Source of the DNA: Winogradskyella sp.
GTDB taxonomy: Bacteria > Bacteroidota > Bacteroidia > Flavobacteriales > Flavobacteriaceae
Length of the DNA stretch: 64,000 nt
Assembly (NCBI GenBank): GCA_049608525.1
Contig: JBMYXP010000001.1
Coordinates: forward strand, 30,052 to 94,051
Direction: 5' to 3'
The position numbers and the translations under genes were made by a program. The notes beneath the pieces are model-generated. The model made no database searches and was not told the DNA's origin. It saw only the letters and a program-made list of their open reading frames with translations. Below are positions 37,632 to 47,872 of the stretch, in pieces (position 1 is the stretch's first letter; the number at the start of each line of letters is the position of its first letter).

Positions 37632-40388
37632 TTATCTCTGATTGTTTTTGCTTTTATCAAACACATAATCAATCACTTCTTTATGACGTATTTTAGAACG
37701 TACAGCACTACCTGCGGCTGGTGCACCATAAGGTCGTCTGCTCGCTGCTCTAAATTGCTTAGCTTCATCTAAGTGCATTAATATATGGCTGTAAGCACCC
37801 ATGTTGCGTGGCTCTTCTTGCGCCCAAACTATATCATCTGCATTATTATATTTAGCTATAGTTGCTCGGATTGCATCTGTTGGAAGCGGAAAGAGTTGTT
37901 CTACTCTTACCAATGCAATATCATCTCTCCCAAGGTTTTCTTGTTCTTCAAGCAAATCATAATAGAATTTACCTGTAACAAAAACCAAAGTTTTAACGTT
38001 CTCTGCTTTTGCGCTTTTATCGTCAATTAACATTTCAAAACGTCCTTTTGCTAATTCATCTACAGACGAAACCACTTTTGGGTGTCGCAACAAACTCTTT
38101 GGGGTAAAGATAATTAATGGTTTTCTGTAATCGGCTTTAATTTGCCTGCGCAGTATATGAAACAAGTTTGCAGGTGTTGTACAGTCTGCAACAAACATAT
38201 TATCTTTTGCGCACATCTGTAAATAACGCTCCATTCGGGCAGAAGAGTGTTCTGCACCTTGGCCTTCGTACCCGTGTGGCAATAGCATCACTAATCCGTT
38301 TTGAAGTTTCCACTTATCCTCTGCTGCAGAGATATATTGGTCTAACATTATTTGAGCTCCGTTACTAAAGTCTCCAAATTGTGCTTCCCAAATGGTTAAT
38401 GTTATTGGGCTTGCCATAGCATAGCCGTAATCAAAACCTACAACTCCATACTCAGAGAGTAATGAGTTATAAATAAAGAATCTTGCCTGTTTATCGCTGA
38501 TGTTATTATGTAATATTATTTCTTCTTCGCTGTCTTCAACCTTAACAACTGCATGGCGGTGAGAGAAAGTACCTCGTTCTACATCTTGCCCAGAAATACG
38601 TACATCGTTACCTTCTAATAAAATTGACCCGTAAGCCAAATGCTCTGCCATTGCCCAATCTAAACGATTTTCGTTAAACATGGTTTGGCGAGACTCTACT
38701 AATCGTTGAATTTTTCGTATAAATTTTTTGTCTTTTGGAAGATTTGAAATTGCCTCTGCTATCTTCTTTAAACCTTCAATAGGATATGTTGTATCTACAG
38801 GAAGCATCATTTTATCCTCTTCTGCAGTCTTAAAATTTACCCATTCATTTTGCATAAATGGTGTAATTTCTGTTTTCTTTATTTTACGAGAATCTTCAAG
38901 TTTTTCTTCAAGCTTATTTTTGTATTCTTTTTCTATTTTAGCTACAAAATTAGCATCTATAATACCTTCAGATATTAAGCGAGCTGCATAAATATCTCTT
39001 GGATTTTTATGCTTTGCAATGGTTTTATACAATAAGGGTTGTGTAAACTTTGGTTCATCTCCTTCGTTATGTCCGTATTTTCTGTAACCTAGCATATCAA
39101 TAAAAACGTCGCGCTTAAATTTCATTCTAAAATGTAATGCGAATAATGTAGCGTTTACAACTGCTTCTGCATCATCTGCATTAACATGCAATACTGGTGA
39201 TAGCGTAACTTTGCCAACGTCTGTACAATATGTGCTAGAGCGTGCGTCTAAATAATTGGTGGTAAACCCAATTTGATTGTTAACAACAAGGTGTATAGTT
39301 CCGTTGGTTTTGTAACCATCTAATTGCGCCATTTGCACAAGTTCGTAAATTAGACCTTGCCCAGCAATAGCGGCATCTCCATGTACTACTATTGGTAATA
39401 CCTGCGATGGGTTGTCTGGGTATTTGTCGTCTTGTTTTGCTCTAGTAATACCTTGTACAACTGCACCTACAGTTTCTAAATGCGAAGGGTTTGGAGCAAT
39501 ATTTAAATTGATTTTTTTTCCGTTGTCTGTAACTCTATCGCTCGTCCAGCCTAAGTGGTATTTTACATCTCCATCAAAGACTTCTTGTTCATAATCTTTG
39601 CCATCAAACTCACTAAAAATAGCTTTAGCCGATTTGCCAAATATATTTGTTAATGTGCTTAAACGTCCACGATGTGCCATACCCATTACAAATTCTTTTA
39701 CATCGTAATCTGCTGCGGTTTCTATTAAGGCATCTAAAGCTGGTATTAAGGCTTCACCACCTTCTAAAGAAAATCGTTTTTGACCTACATATTTTGTATG
39801 TAAAAAGTTTTCGAAAGAAACGGCTTCGTTGAGTTTTCTTAAGATATTCTTTTTCTTTTCTGCTGAAAATGTTGCTGAGTTGTCATTAACATTCAGCTTG
39901 TTTTGTATCCATTTAATTTCTTCTGGCTTTCGTATGTACATATACTCAACACCAATAGAGCCGCAGTAAACACGTTCTAAATGGTCTATTATATTTTGCA
40001 GCGTTGCTGTACCTAAACCTATAATTTCACCTGCCTTAAAATTGGTGTTTAAATCATTTTTAGATAACCCAAAGTTTTCAACCTCTAAAGTTGGTGCATA
40101 CTTGCGTCTGGCTCGTACCGGATTGGTTTTAGTAAACAAGTGTCCTCTAACTCGGTAACCATCTATGAGTTTTACAACTTGAAATTCTTTTTGAAGCTGC
40201 TCTGAAATTTGAGGGGAAACACCTTCTGTAACTTTGTTTTGTTCTCCAAAACTTTCTGAGCCAAAGTCGTAACCTTGAAAAAAGGCACGCCAACTGGGCT
40301 CTACAGTATCTGGGTTTTTTAAATATTGGTCGTATAAATCAGCAAAATATGCTGTATGGGCTGCGTTAAGAAAGGAATATTTATCCAT
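37632..40388 (-). CDS. sucA: 2-oxoglutarate dehydrogenase E1
   Basis: KRFSLEG, GMAHRGRL, HGDAA, WEAQFGDF, GAEHSSAR. Confidence 0.97.
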   Translation of the reverse strand: MDKYSFLNAAHTAYFADLYDQYLKNPDTVEPSWRAFFQGYDFGSESFGEQNKVTEGVSPQISEQLQKEFQVVKLIDGYRVRGHLFTKTNPVRARRKYAPTLEVENFGLSKNDLNTNFKAGEIIGLGTATLQNIIDHLERVYCGSIGVEYMYIRKPEEIKWIQNKLNVNDNSATFSAEKKKNILRKLNEAVSFENFLHTKYVGQKRFSLEGGEALIPALDALIETAADYDVKEFVMGMAHRGRLSTLTNIFGKSAKAIFSEFDGKDYEQEVFDGDVKYHLGWTSDRVTDNGKKINLNIAPNPSHLETVGAVVQGITRAKQDDKYPDNPSQVLPIVVHGDAAIAGQGLIYELVQMAQLDGYKTNGTIHLVVNNQIGFTTNYLDARSSTYCTDVGKVTLSPVLHVNADDAEAVVNATLFALHFRMKFKRDVFIDMLGYRKYGHNEGDEPKFTQPLLYKTIAKHKNPRDIYAARLISEGIIDANFVAKIEKEYKNKLEEKLEDSRKIKKTEITPFMQNEWVNFKTAEEDKMMLPVDTTYPIEGLKKIAEAISNLPKDKKFIRKIQRLVESRQTMFNENRLDWAMAEHLAYGSILLEGNDVRISGQDVERGTFSHRHAVVKVEDSEEEIILHNNISDKQARFFIYNSLLSEYGVVGFDYGYAMASPITLTIWEAQFGDFSNGAQIMLDQYISAAEDKWKLQNGLVMLLPHGYEGQGAEHSSARMERYLQMCAKDNMFVADCTTPANLFHILRRQIKADYRKPLIIFTPKSLLRHPKVVSSVDELAKGRFEMLIDDKSAKAENVKTLVFVTGKFYYDLLEEQENLGRDDIALVRVEQLFPLPTDAIRATIAKYNNADDIVWAQEEPRNMGAYSHILMHLDEAKQFRAASRRPYGAPAAGSAVRSKIRHKEVIDYVFDKSKNNQR

Positions 40389-40507
40389 TATTTTTTTTGA
40401 GACGTTAGCGCTTCAACAAAATTTATTCAAAAATACAACTTTTACTAGATATAGATATGTTTTTAGTATTTTTATAACAAAATATTAATAGCTAAAATTT
40501 AATTACT

Positions 40508-41029
40508 ATGTCTTTTAAAAAATATATAATTAGTGGCTTATCAGTCTGTTTTTTGGTTACAATTTCTTTTTCACAAACACCATTAACAACTAAAAGTGAA
40601 TTTTGGCAAAACGTACAATTTGGTGGTGGTGTTGGTCTAAATTTTGGTGATGGTTTTTTTAGTGGTGCTTTGGCACCAAATGCCATTTACAAATTTAGTC
40701 CTTATGTATCTGTTGGTGCAGGTCTTAACTTTAGTTATAGTGCGCAACGGCATGTTTTCAAATCTACTGTTTTGGGCGCAAGTGTATTAGGTCTTTTTAA
40801 TCCTTACGAAACTTTACAAATATCTACTGAGTTTGAGCAGTTGCACGTTAGTAGAAATTATGACAAACAGTCTATTGCAGATGACCAATATTGGTACCCT
40901 GCATTATTTATTGGTTTGGGTTATAGAACTGGCAATGTTACCTTTGGTGTACGTTACGATGTGTTGTATGATGAGGATAAAAGTATTTATACAGACCCAT
41001 GGATGCCATTTGTAAGGTTTAGGTTTTAG
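40508..41029 (+). CDS. Hypothetical small outer-membrane beta-barrel-like protein
   Basis: Signal peptide, Gly/aromatic-rich beta strands, terminal Phe (FVRFRF). Confidence 0.6.
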   Translation: MSFKKYIISGLSVCFLVTISFSQTPLTTKSEFWQNVQFGGGVGLNFGDGFFSGALAPNAIYKFSPYVSVGAGLNFSYSAQRHVFKSTVLGASVLGLFNPYETLQISTEFEQLHVSRNYDKQSIADDQYWYPALFIGLGYRTGNVTFGVRYDVLYDEDKSIYTDPWMPFVRFRF

Positions 41030-41064
41030 TGATTTTAAGGTGTTTTTTTGTGTGGAATTTAAGA

Positions 41065-41412
41065 TTAAAAATTGGTTTTATACCACACCTTTTGCCACTC
41101 GCGCTGTAGAATTAAAAAAGTAATATTCTCAGATAATTTTAATACGTTACTACCATCTATTAGCTTACTTTTTTGTTCTGAAACATCAACAATGTAAAGT
41201 AAGTTTATATAATCTGAAAACTTATTTTGAATAAGATGATATAGCGTTTCATGAAGCTTTAGTCTTAAACTTGTAGGTGGTGTATCTTCATTAAATTCTA
41301 AATCAATATTAGCGTATAATAAATCTTTGTTGAGTTGTATTATTAATTTTTTGTAAAGATTTAATGTATCAGCCTCTTCAATTAAGGTTTTAAAATTTAA
41401 AGGCAAATTCAT
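41065..41412 (-). CDS. Hypothetical protein
   Basis: 115 aa ORF translationally coupled to the polyprenyl synthase. Confidence 0.65.
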   Translation of the reverse strand: MNLPLNFKTLIEEADTLNLYKKLIIQLNKDLLYANIDLEFNEDTPPTSLRLKLHETLYHLIQNKFSDYINLLYIVDVSEQKSKLIDGSNVLKLSENITFLILQREWQKVWYKTNF

Positions 41413-42386
41413 TACACGTTTCTATTCATTAATTGTTCACCAAATTGTTTGAGTAATTCTTTTTTCTCTTCAGTAATATTTAAGGTTTTTAATACTTCAA
41501 AAGCTTTATTGGTATAGTTTTTTACAGCACTTAGAGTTGCTTCTGCTGCGCCCGAATTTTTAAAAATGGTCTTTACTTTAATTACTTTGTTTTTATCTGA
41601 GATTGATTTATTTATGATGGTATTAACCAAATTAGATTGTTCGTTTGAAGTGCCTAACTCTAATGTTTTAATATAGAGGTAGGTTTTTTTGTGCTCTAAA
41701 ATATCGCCACCAACTTGTTTACCAAAGGTTTCTGGGTTGCCAAAAGCGTCTAAATAATCGTCTTGTAGCTGAAACGCAATACCTAAATAACGACCAAAAT
41801 TATAAATAGCATCTTCATTTTCTTTAGATGTTTTTGCAATTATTGCTCCCATTTGCATAGCAGCAGCAACCAAAACTGCCGTTTTGTATTCTATCATTTT
41901 TAGATACTCTGCAATGGTAACATCGTTACGAGTTTCAAAATCTACATCGTATTGTTGGCCTTCGCAAACCTCTAAAGCTGTTTTACTAAATAGTTTTGCT
42001 AATGCCATAAATGTTTCTGCATCATAGTTTTCAAAAAGCTGGTAGGCTAAAATTAGCATGGCATCGCCAGAGAGAATACCAGTGTTAATGTCCCATTTTT
42101 CGTGTACTGTTTTTTGCCCTCTTCGTAATGGTGCATCGTCCATAATATCATCGTGTACTAATGAAAAATTATGAAACACCTCAACTGCTAATGCCGCATT
42201 CATGGCTTTTTTAGCAGATTCGCCAAAGGCTTCTGCGGTCATTAAAGTTAAAACAGGTCGTAAACGCTTACCTCCCAATTTTAAAATGTAGTTTATAGGG
42301 CTGTAAAGATTTTTAGGCTCTTTGTGTACTGTAAAATCTTCTAAAAAACTGATAAACGATTTTTGGTAAGCTTCTATGTGTTGCAT
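41412..42386 (-). CDS. Polyprenyl (FPP/GGPP) synthase
   Basis: GGKRLRP, HDDIMD...RRG, GQQYD, FQLQDDYLD. Confidence 0.93.
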   Translation of the reverse strand: MQHIEAYQKSFISFLEDFTVHKEPKNLYSPINYILKLGGKRLRPVLTLMTAEAFGESAKKAMNAALAVEVFHNFSLVHDDIMDDAPLRRGQKTVHEKWDINTGILSGDAMLILAYQLFENYDAETFMALAKLFSKTALEVCEGQQYDVDFETRNDVTIAEYLKMIEYKTAVLVAAAMQMGAIIAKTSKENEDAIYNFGRYLGIAFQLQDDYLDAFGNPETFGKQVGGDILEHKKTYLYIKTLELGTSNEQSNLVNTIINKSISDKNKVIKVKTIFKNSGAAEATLSAVKNYTNKAFEVLKTLNITEEKKELLKQFGEQLMNRNV

Positions 42387-42584
42387 AACACAAAAATACG
42401 GATTTATTGAATTTTGTCGATAAAAAAGCGCGCTAATTTTGTGGCTGTGGTTAGTGTTGATGTATGAGAAATGTAATGGGTTTATATCTGATGATTTTTC
42501 GTTAAAAAATAAAGATAGCAGAAAAGAAATAAACGTTGAGTTTCTTCTTTACTGCTTTTTTATAATCTAAGTTTTGCGTAGGAC

Positions 42585-43139
42585 TTATTCACTTCGTTTG
42601 TAATAAGCTACAATACTTGCTTTTGCTAATGTTTGATTCCAGAGGTAAAAACCTACAATAGCTGGATTTATATTTTCATCTAGCCCTAACTTTTCTGTTT
42701 TTAAAGCATGAATTGTAATTATGTATTGGTGAAATCCATGTCCTTTGGGTGGGCAGGGACCACCAAATCCTTTAATTCCATAATCTGTAACACTCTGAAT
42801 TGTTCCTTTTGGTGTTAAATTTAGTTCAGGATTTCCTGCATTTGTAACTAATTCATTTATGTTTGCAGGAATATCAAAAACTACCCAATGCCAAAATCCA
42901 CTTCCTGTTGGTGCATCTGGGTCGTACATTGTTATCGCAAAACTTTTTGTTCCTTCTGGTGCATTTTCCCATAAAAGTTGTGGAGATTGGTTTTCTCCAG
43001 TACAACCAAACCCACTAAATTCTTGTGTCTTTGTTGCTTCTCCACCTAAATCGTTACTTGATAAGGTAAATGTTTTTTGTCCGAAACTTGCTGTTGTAAA
43101 AATTAACGACAGCATTAAAATTAAACTTGTTTTTTTCAT
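42585..43139 (-). CDS. YbhB/YbcL family PEBP (Raf kinase inhibitor-like) protein
   Basis: Signal peptide; DPDAPTGSGFWHW, GPCPP...HQY. Likely start is 43139. Confidence 0.92.
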   Translation of the reverse strand: MKKTSLILMLSLIFTTASFGQKTFTLSSNDLGGEATKTQEFSGFGCTGENQSPQLLWENAPEGTKSFAITMYDPDAPTGSGFWHWVVFDIPANINELVTNAGNPELNLTPKGTIQSVTDYGIKGFGGPCPPKGHGFHQYIITIHALKTEKLGLDENINPAIVGFYLWNQTLAKASIVAYYKRSE

Positions 43140-43226
43140 TTTATTATGTTTTAATATTTGATACAAAATTAAATCTTAAATTTAAAAAAAGACATAGTCA
43201 AACGCTCAAAAAGTGTCGTAAAAAGC

Positions 43227-44063
43227 TCATTTTGTATGGTGTTGTTTTGGTGTTTTGTTGTATTTTGATTTATAAGCTTGAATAAAGCTCGATAAATTTT
43301 CGTAACCGACTTCTAAATATATTTCTGAAGATTTTTTATGTTTTTGATTGAGCAAATAGTAAGCGTGTTCTAATCTTTTATTTTGAAACCATTTGATAGG
43401 TGATTCAGAATAATGTTTTTCAAATTCTCTTTTGAAAGTTGATACACTCATATTGCATAAAAAAGCCAATTCTTTCAAGGTTAGTTTTTTCAATTGATTA
43501 CTCTCAACAGTTCGAGTAAAGTTTTGAGTAAAATTATCGTTATTAGACGTTAAAGAATATAAAATATGAGTTCCGTGTAATTCTATAAGATAGAGCATTA
43601 TCTCTTCAAATTTCACTTCAATTATTTTTTTTTGTACTGTTTTTGAAAGATTGCAAATATCAATTAAGCTATCCACAAAGCGTTTTATAAATTTATCATA
43701 CTCAAATGAATAAACAGATTTATATTCTTTGGGTTTAACGTTATTTAGTTGAAATTTTTGAATGAATTTTGATAAGGTTTCGTTAGTGAAAAATAAAAGA
43801 ATACTTCTGTAATTTTTAATTTCGGATAGTTTTTCTGTCATTAAACAATGGCCAGATTTCATAATTAAAAACTTGCGATTATCAATAGAAAGGTTTGAAT
43901 TATCAAAAATCACCTCTTTGCTTCCTTCAATTAAAAAGCTAAATGTATTCTGATTTAGAATGATTTGTTGTTTAGAAATTTCCTTTGAACTACAATAGTC
44001 ATAAACTTGAACAGTTTGTAACCCTCCGAGGTTAAGTGTTTCAGGGAGTTTAATTATATCCAT
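43227..44063 (-). CDS. AraC family regulator (ExsA/YbcM-like)
   Basis: C-terminal HTH LAFLCNMSVSTFKREF...VGYENLSSF. Likely start is 44063. Confidence 0.9.
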   Translation of the reverse strand: MDIIKLPETLNLGGLQTVQVYDYCSSKEISKQQIILNQNTFSFLIEGSKEVIFDNSNLSIDNRKFLIMKSGHCLMTEKLSEIKNYRSILLFFTNETLSKFIQKFQLNNVKPKEYKSVYSFEYDKFIKRFVDSLIDICNLSKTVQKKIIEVKFEEIMLYLIELHGTHILYSLTSNNDNFTQNFTRTVESNQLKKLTLKELAFLCNMSVSTFKREFEKHYSESPIKWFQNKRLEHAYYLLNQKHKKSSEIYLEVGYENLSSFIQAYKSKYNKTPKQHHTK

Positions 44064-44260
44064 TTTTATACGTTTTTGTGAGGTATTGCCCACCTAGATA
44101 TTATTAATAAAATTGGTTCAATTCAATATTTTAGCAAACCATAAGCTAAGTTAGTGTTTTAAAATGTAGTATTAAGACTTTGCGTAACTACTTTTTTTAA
44201 ATTTCAGCTTATAGTTTTATATAGACGTTCTGTAATTACTGTTAAAAAACAATTAAAACT

Positions 44261-44303
44261 CAGGAAACTTTTTTTGTTTTTAGAGTTTCCTGTTGTAGTT
44301 TTG
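44261..44303 (+). promoter_or_regulatory. Efflux operon promoter with palindromic operator candidate
   Basis: CAGGAAACT-N14-AGTTTCCTG surrounds the -33 TTTG (44273-44276). The -7 TAGTTTTG is at 44296-44303, a 19-nt spacing. Confidence 0.65.
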
Positions 44304-44350
44304 CATTTCAAAATTTAAAACGTTATTCCGCTTTTGTTGCGCACTAATTT

Positions 44351-44956
44351 ATGAGAGCTAAAATTATACAAAAATCTACAGAGCTTTTTCTAAACCTTGG
44401 TTTTAAAAGTGTAACAATGGATGATATTGCCAATGGTATGGGCATATCTAAAAAAACCATTTACAAACATTTTGATAACAAAACGGCACTTGTAAAAGCA
44501 ACAACCTTAGCGTTATTTGAACAGATATCTCATGGTATTGATTGTATTTGTGCGCTAGAAAAAAACCCTATTGAAGAGATTTACGACATTAAACAATTTG
44601 TAATGGGGCATCTAAAAGACGAAAAATCATCGCCTCAATATCAATTACAAAAATATTACCCAAAAATATATGCGTCATTAAAAACAAAACAGTTTAATGT
44701 AATGCAAAATTGTGTTGTAGGAAATTTAAAAAGAGGAATAAAACTAGGTGTTTATAGACCTACACTCAATGTAGAATTTGTGTCTAGGATGTATTTTTCG
44801 GGCATTACAACCATTAAGGATAATGATTTATTCCCTTTAAAACTATTTTCTCAAAATAGACTAATGGAGTATTATTTAGAATACCACTTAAGAGGGATTT
44901 GTACACCACAAGGCCTAGAAATAGTAACAAAATTTATTCAAAAAAATCAATTATAA
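44351..44956 (+). CDS. TetR/AcrR family regulator
   Basis: GFKSVTMDDIA...GISKKTIYKHF HTH. Confidence 0.95.
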   Translation: MRAKIIQKSTELFLNLGFKSVTMDDIANGMGISKKTIYKHFDNKTALVKATTLALFEQISHGIDCICALEKNPIEEIYDIKQFVMGHLKDEKSSPQYQLQKYYPKIYASLKTKQFNVMQNCVVGNLKRGIKLGVYRPTLNVEFVSRMYFSGITTIKDNDLFPLKLFSQNRLMEYYLEYHLRGICTPQGLEIVTKFIQKNQL

Positions 44957-44961
44957 ATTCA

Positions 44962-46272
44962 ATGAAAAATAGAATCATTTTTATTTTTTTAATGTGTTTT
45001 AGTTTTGGGTTTTCTCAAGATACACCTTATCGTTTTAGTTTGAAAGACGCTATAGACTACGGATTAAAAAATAACAGAACCGCTAAAAATGCGACTAAAG
45101 ATGTAGCTGCTGCCCAAAAACAAAAATGGGAAACTATTGCAACAGGTTTGCCACAACTAAACGGAAGTGTAAACTACCAAAACGCACTAAAAAGAAACGT
45201 TTTTGTTTTTGGAGACCAAATTATAGAAGCAGGTGCAAAGCATACCTTAACCGCAACAGCAACATTAAATCAAAAATTATTTGATGGCGCTTACCTTGTG
45301 GGCTTACAATCTGCAAAAGTGTTTTTAGAAATCTCTAAAAATGCAAAAGAAAAAACAGATTTAGAAGTAAGAAAAGCAATTATCAATGCTTACGGAAATG
45401 TATTATTGGCAGAAGAAAGCAGTTCTATTTTAAATAAAAATATAAATGTTCTTGAAAAAAATCTAACCGAAATCACTAAAATTTACGAAAACGGTTTTGA
45501 AGAGGAAGAAAGCGTAGAGCAATTAAAAATTACACTTTCGGGAGTAAAAAGTAATTTAAGTAATACCAACCGATTAAAAGATGTAGCCTACCAAATGCTA
45601 AACTTAACTCTTGGTATTGCTATTGATGCTAAAACAACGTTAACGGATAATTTAGAGGATTTAACAGCCAAAAACATACGTTTAGAGGTTTTAAATACTG
45701 AAGAACATTTAGAAAATAATATTGATTATAAAATCGCTGAGAACGAAAAAACCGCAAAAAAATTAATGCTAAAGTTAGAGAAAAGCAAAGCGTTGCCAAC
45801 ACTAAACGCTTTTGTAAATGGCGGCTATACTGCTAACAGAGAGGTTTTTAATTTTTCTAGTAGCGACGCACCTTGGTTTGGAGCTTCGGTATTTGGGGTA
45901 ACTATGAATATTCCTATTTTTAGTTCTGGTTTGCGAAACGCAGCTACACAACGTGCAGCAATACATTTAGAAAAAGCAGAAAATACATTAACAGAAACAG
46001 AGCAAAAACTAAAACTTAAAATGGCTTCTGCTAAAAGTAATTATCAGTTTTCTATTGAAGATTACGAAAACAAAAAGCAAAATTTAAAATTAGCGGAACG
46101 TATTGCTCAAAAAAACCAAGCTAAATTTTTTGAAGGTATTGGCTCTAGTTTTGAGTTAAGACAAGCGCAAACTCAACTTTACGCTGCACAACAAGAATTG
46201 CTTCAAACTATGGTAGATGTTATTACTACCAAAGCAGAATTAGAAACGGTTTTAAACACCATCAATAATTAA
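44962..46272 (+). CDS. TolC family outer-membrane efflux protein
   Basis: Signal peptide from ATG 44962, OEP-type repeats, position in the operon. Confidence 0.88.
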   Translation: MKNRIIFIFLMCFSFGFSQDTPYRFSLKDAIDYGLKNNRTAKNATKDVAAAQKQKWETIATGLPQLNGSVNYQNALKRNVFVFGDQIIEAGAKHTLTATATLNQKLFDGAYLVGLQSAKVFLEISKNAKEKTDLEVRKAIINAYGNVLLAEESSSILNKNINVLEKNLTEITKIYENGFEEEESVEQLKITLSGVKSNLSNTNRLKDVAYQMLNLTLGIAIDAKTTLTDNLEDLTAKNIRLEVLNTEEHLENNIDYKIAENEKTAKKLMLKLEKSKALPTLNAFVNGGYTANREVFNFSSSDAPWFGASVFGVTMNIPIFSSGLRNAATQRAAIHLEKAENTLTETEQKLKLKMASAKSNYQFSIEDYENKKQNLKLAERIAQKNQAKFFEGIGSSFELRQAQTQLYAAQQELLQTMVDVITTKAELETVLNTINN

Positions 46273-46292
46273 TTTAAACACACATTACACAA

Positions 46293-47462
46293 ATGAAACA
46301 TATATTTTCACTAATACTAACAGCTCTTCTTTTAACATCTTGTGGCGGCAAAAAAACACAATCTTTAGAAGACGTAATTGCTACAAATAATTTAGAACAA
46401 ATTCGTGCAAAACGCACCCAAATTGTAGCAAAACAACAAGAATTTGCAAATCAAATAAAACAATTAGATGCTAAAATTTCAGTTTTAGACACCACTAAAA
46501 AAGTACCTTTAATTTCAACTTTTATAGCAAAAGCTGGTCATTTCGATCACTTTTTAGAACTTCAAGGTAACGTTAGCACAAAAAACCTATTAACATTGTA
46601 CCCAGAATTTAACGGCATACTTTCTCGCGTTTATGTTAAAGAAGGACAACGTGTTAAAAAAGGACAATTATTAGCAAAAATAGACGATGGTGGCTTGAGC
46701 CAGCAATTAGCGCAAGCACAAATTCAAGCTAATTTATCTAAAACCACTTTCGAGCGTCAACAACGTTTATGGAACCAGAAAATAGGTAGCGAAATTCAAT
46801 TTTTACAAGCAAAATCTAATTACGAAGCGCAAGCAGCAGCAGTAAACCAAATGCAACAACAAATAGCAAAAACAACCGTAAAAGCACCTTTTTCTGGCAC
46901 AATAGACCAAATAATAAACGAACAAGGAAGTGTTGTTGGCGCAGGACAAACACCATTAATGCAACTTGTAAATCTAGATCAAATGTACATTGAAACAGAT
47001 GTGCCAGAGCGTTACATTACAAACGTTATTAAAAACAAAAAAGTAGAAGTAGAATTTCCTGTTTTAGGCAAAACCATAGAAACTAAAATACGTCAAGTTG
47101 GCGACGTTATCAACCCAACAAACAGAACATTTAGAGTAGAAATTGCCGTACCAAATAAAAACCACAGCATTAAACCTAACCTAACTGCAAAGCTCAAAAT
47201 TAACGACTATACAAGCGAAAACGCACTGTTAATTCCGTTAAGTATTATTTCAGAAAATGCAAAAGGCGAACAATACATTTATGTAATTAGCGAAAAAAAC
47301 AGTAATAATAAAGGTGTAGCCAAACGTGTAATAATTACAACAGGAAAATCTCAAGGCGATTTAATTGAAGTTTTAACAGGAATAAAAAACGACGCAGAAA
47401 TTATTGAAGAAGGCGCAAGAACAGTAAAAGATGGGCAGACTGTAAAGATTATTAGTCATTAG
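46293..47462 (+). CDS. RND efflux periplasmic adaptor (MFP) lipoprotein
   Basis: Lipobox LTSC; VKEGQRVKKGQLL, VKAPFSG. Confidence 0.93.
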   Translation: MKHIFSLILTALLLTSCGGKKTQSLEDVIATNNLEQIRAKRTQIVAKQQEFANQIKQLDAKISVLDTTKKVPLISTFIAKAGHFDHFLELQGNVSTKNLLTLYPEFNGILSRVYVKEGQRVKKGQLLAKIDDGGLSQQLAQAQIQANLSKTTFERQQRLWNQKIGSEIQFLQAKSNYEAQAAAVNQMQQQIAKTTVKAPFSGTIDQIINEQGSVVGAGQTPLMQLVNLDQMYIETDVPERYITNVIKNKKVEVEFPVLGKTIETKIRQVGDVINPTNRTFRVEIAVPNKNHSIKPNLTAKLKINDYTSENALLIPLSIISENAKGEQYIYVISEKNSNNKGVAKRVIITTGKSQGDLIEVLTGIKNDAEIIEEGARTVKDGQTVKIISH

Positions 47463-47497
47463 ACTGTAGAATTAAAGACTATTCACTAACGACTAAC
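47451..47497. repeat. Left heptamer tract: three inverted then three forward ACTAAnn-type units
   Basis: TTAGTCA TTAGACT GTAGAAT, then ACT at 47478, 47485 and 47492 (7-nt period). Confidence 0.65.
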
Positions 47498-47872
47498 ATG
47501 AAAGAAATAAAATTCAACTTCGAGGATTTAAAACTTTATAAAAAAGCTTTAGATTTCATTGATGCTACTTATAAAACTACTGAAAATTTTCCTAAAAATG
47601 AAACTTTTGGACTTACATCTCAATTTAGTAGAGCATCAACTTCTATTGCTTTAAATATAGCCGAAGGTTCTGGTGATACTAATGCACAATTCAATAGATT
47701 TTTAAATATAGCTAATGGTTCTATTAAAGAATGTGTGGTTTGTTCAACAATTTCAGAACGATTAAAATATATTTCAAAAGAAGAAAATTATAACAACAGA
47801 CTTCAACTAGAAGAATTATCAAAAATGACAACAGGTTTACAAAAATACTTAAAGTCAAATACTAACAACTAA
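47498..47872 (+). CDS. Four-helix-bundle protein (23S rRNA IVP-like, Avd-related fold)
   Basis: FEDLKLY...FPKNETFGLTSQFSRASTSIALNIAEG family signature; 124 aa. Confidence 0.9.
   Translation: MKEIKFNFEDLKLYKKALDFIDATYKTTENFPKNETFGLTSQFSRASTSIALNIAEGSGDTNAQFNRFLNIANGSIKECVVCSTISERLKYISKEENYNNRLQLEELSKMTTGLQKYLKSNTNN

Noticed and set aside
40508-41029. 2-oxoglutarate decarboxylase-related function inferred from proximity to sucA
   Set aside because: The sequence looks like an exported beta-barrel and has no TPP-enzyme motifs.
47498-47872. Diversity-generating retroelement, given the Avd-like fold
   Set aside because: No reverse transcriptase and no TR/VR pair with adenine-specific mismatches seen in the window.
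47498-47872. 23S rRNA intervening sequence
   Set aside because: No rRNA sequence flanks the gene; it lies between protein-coding genes.
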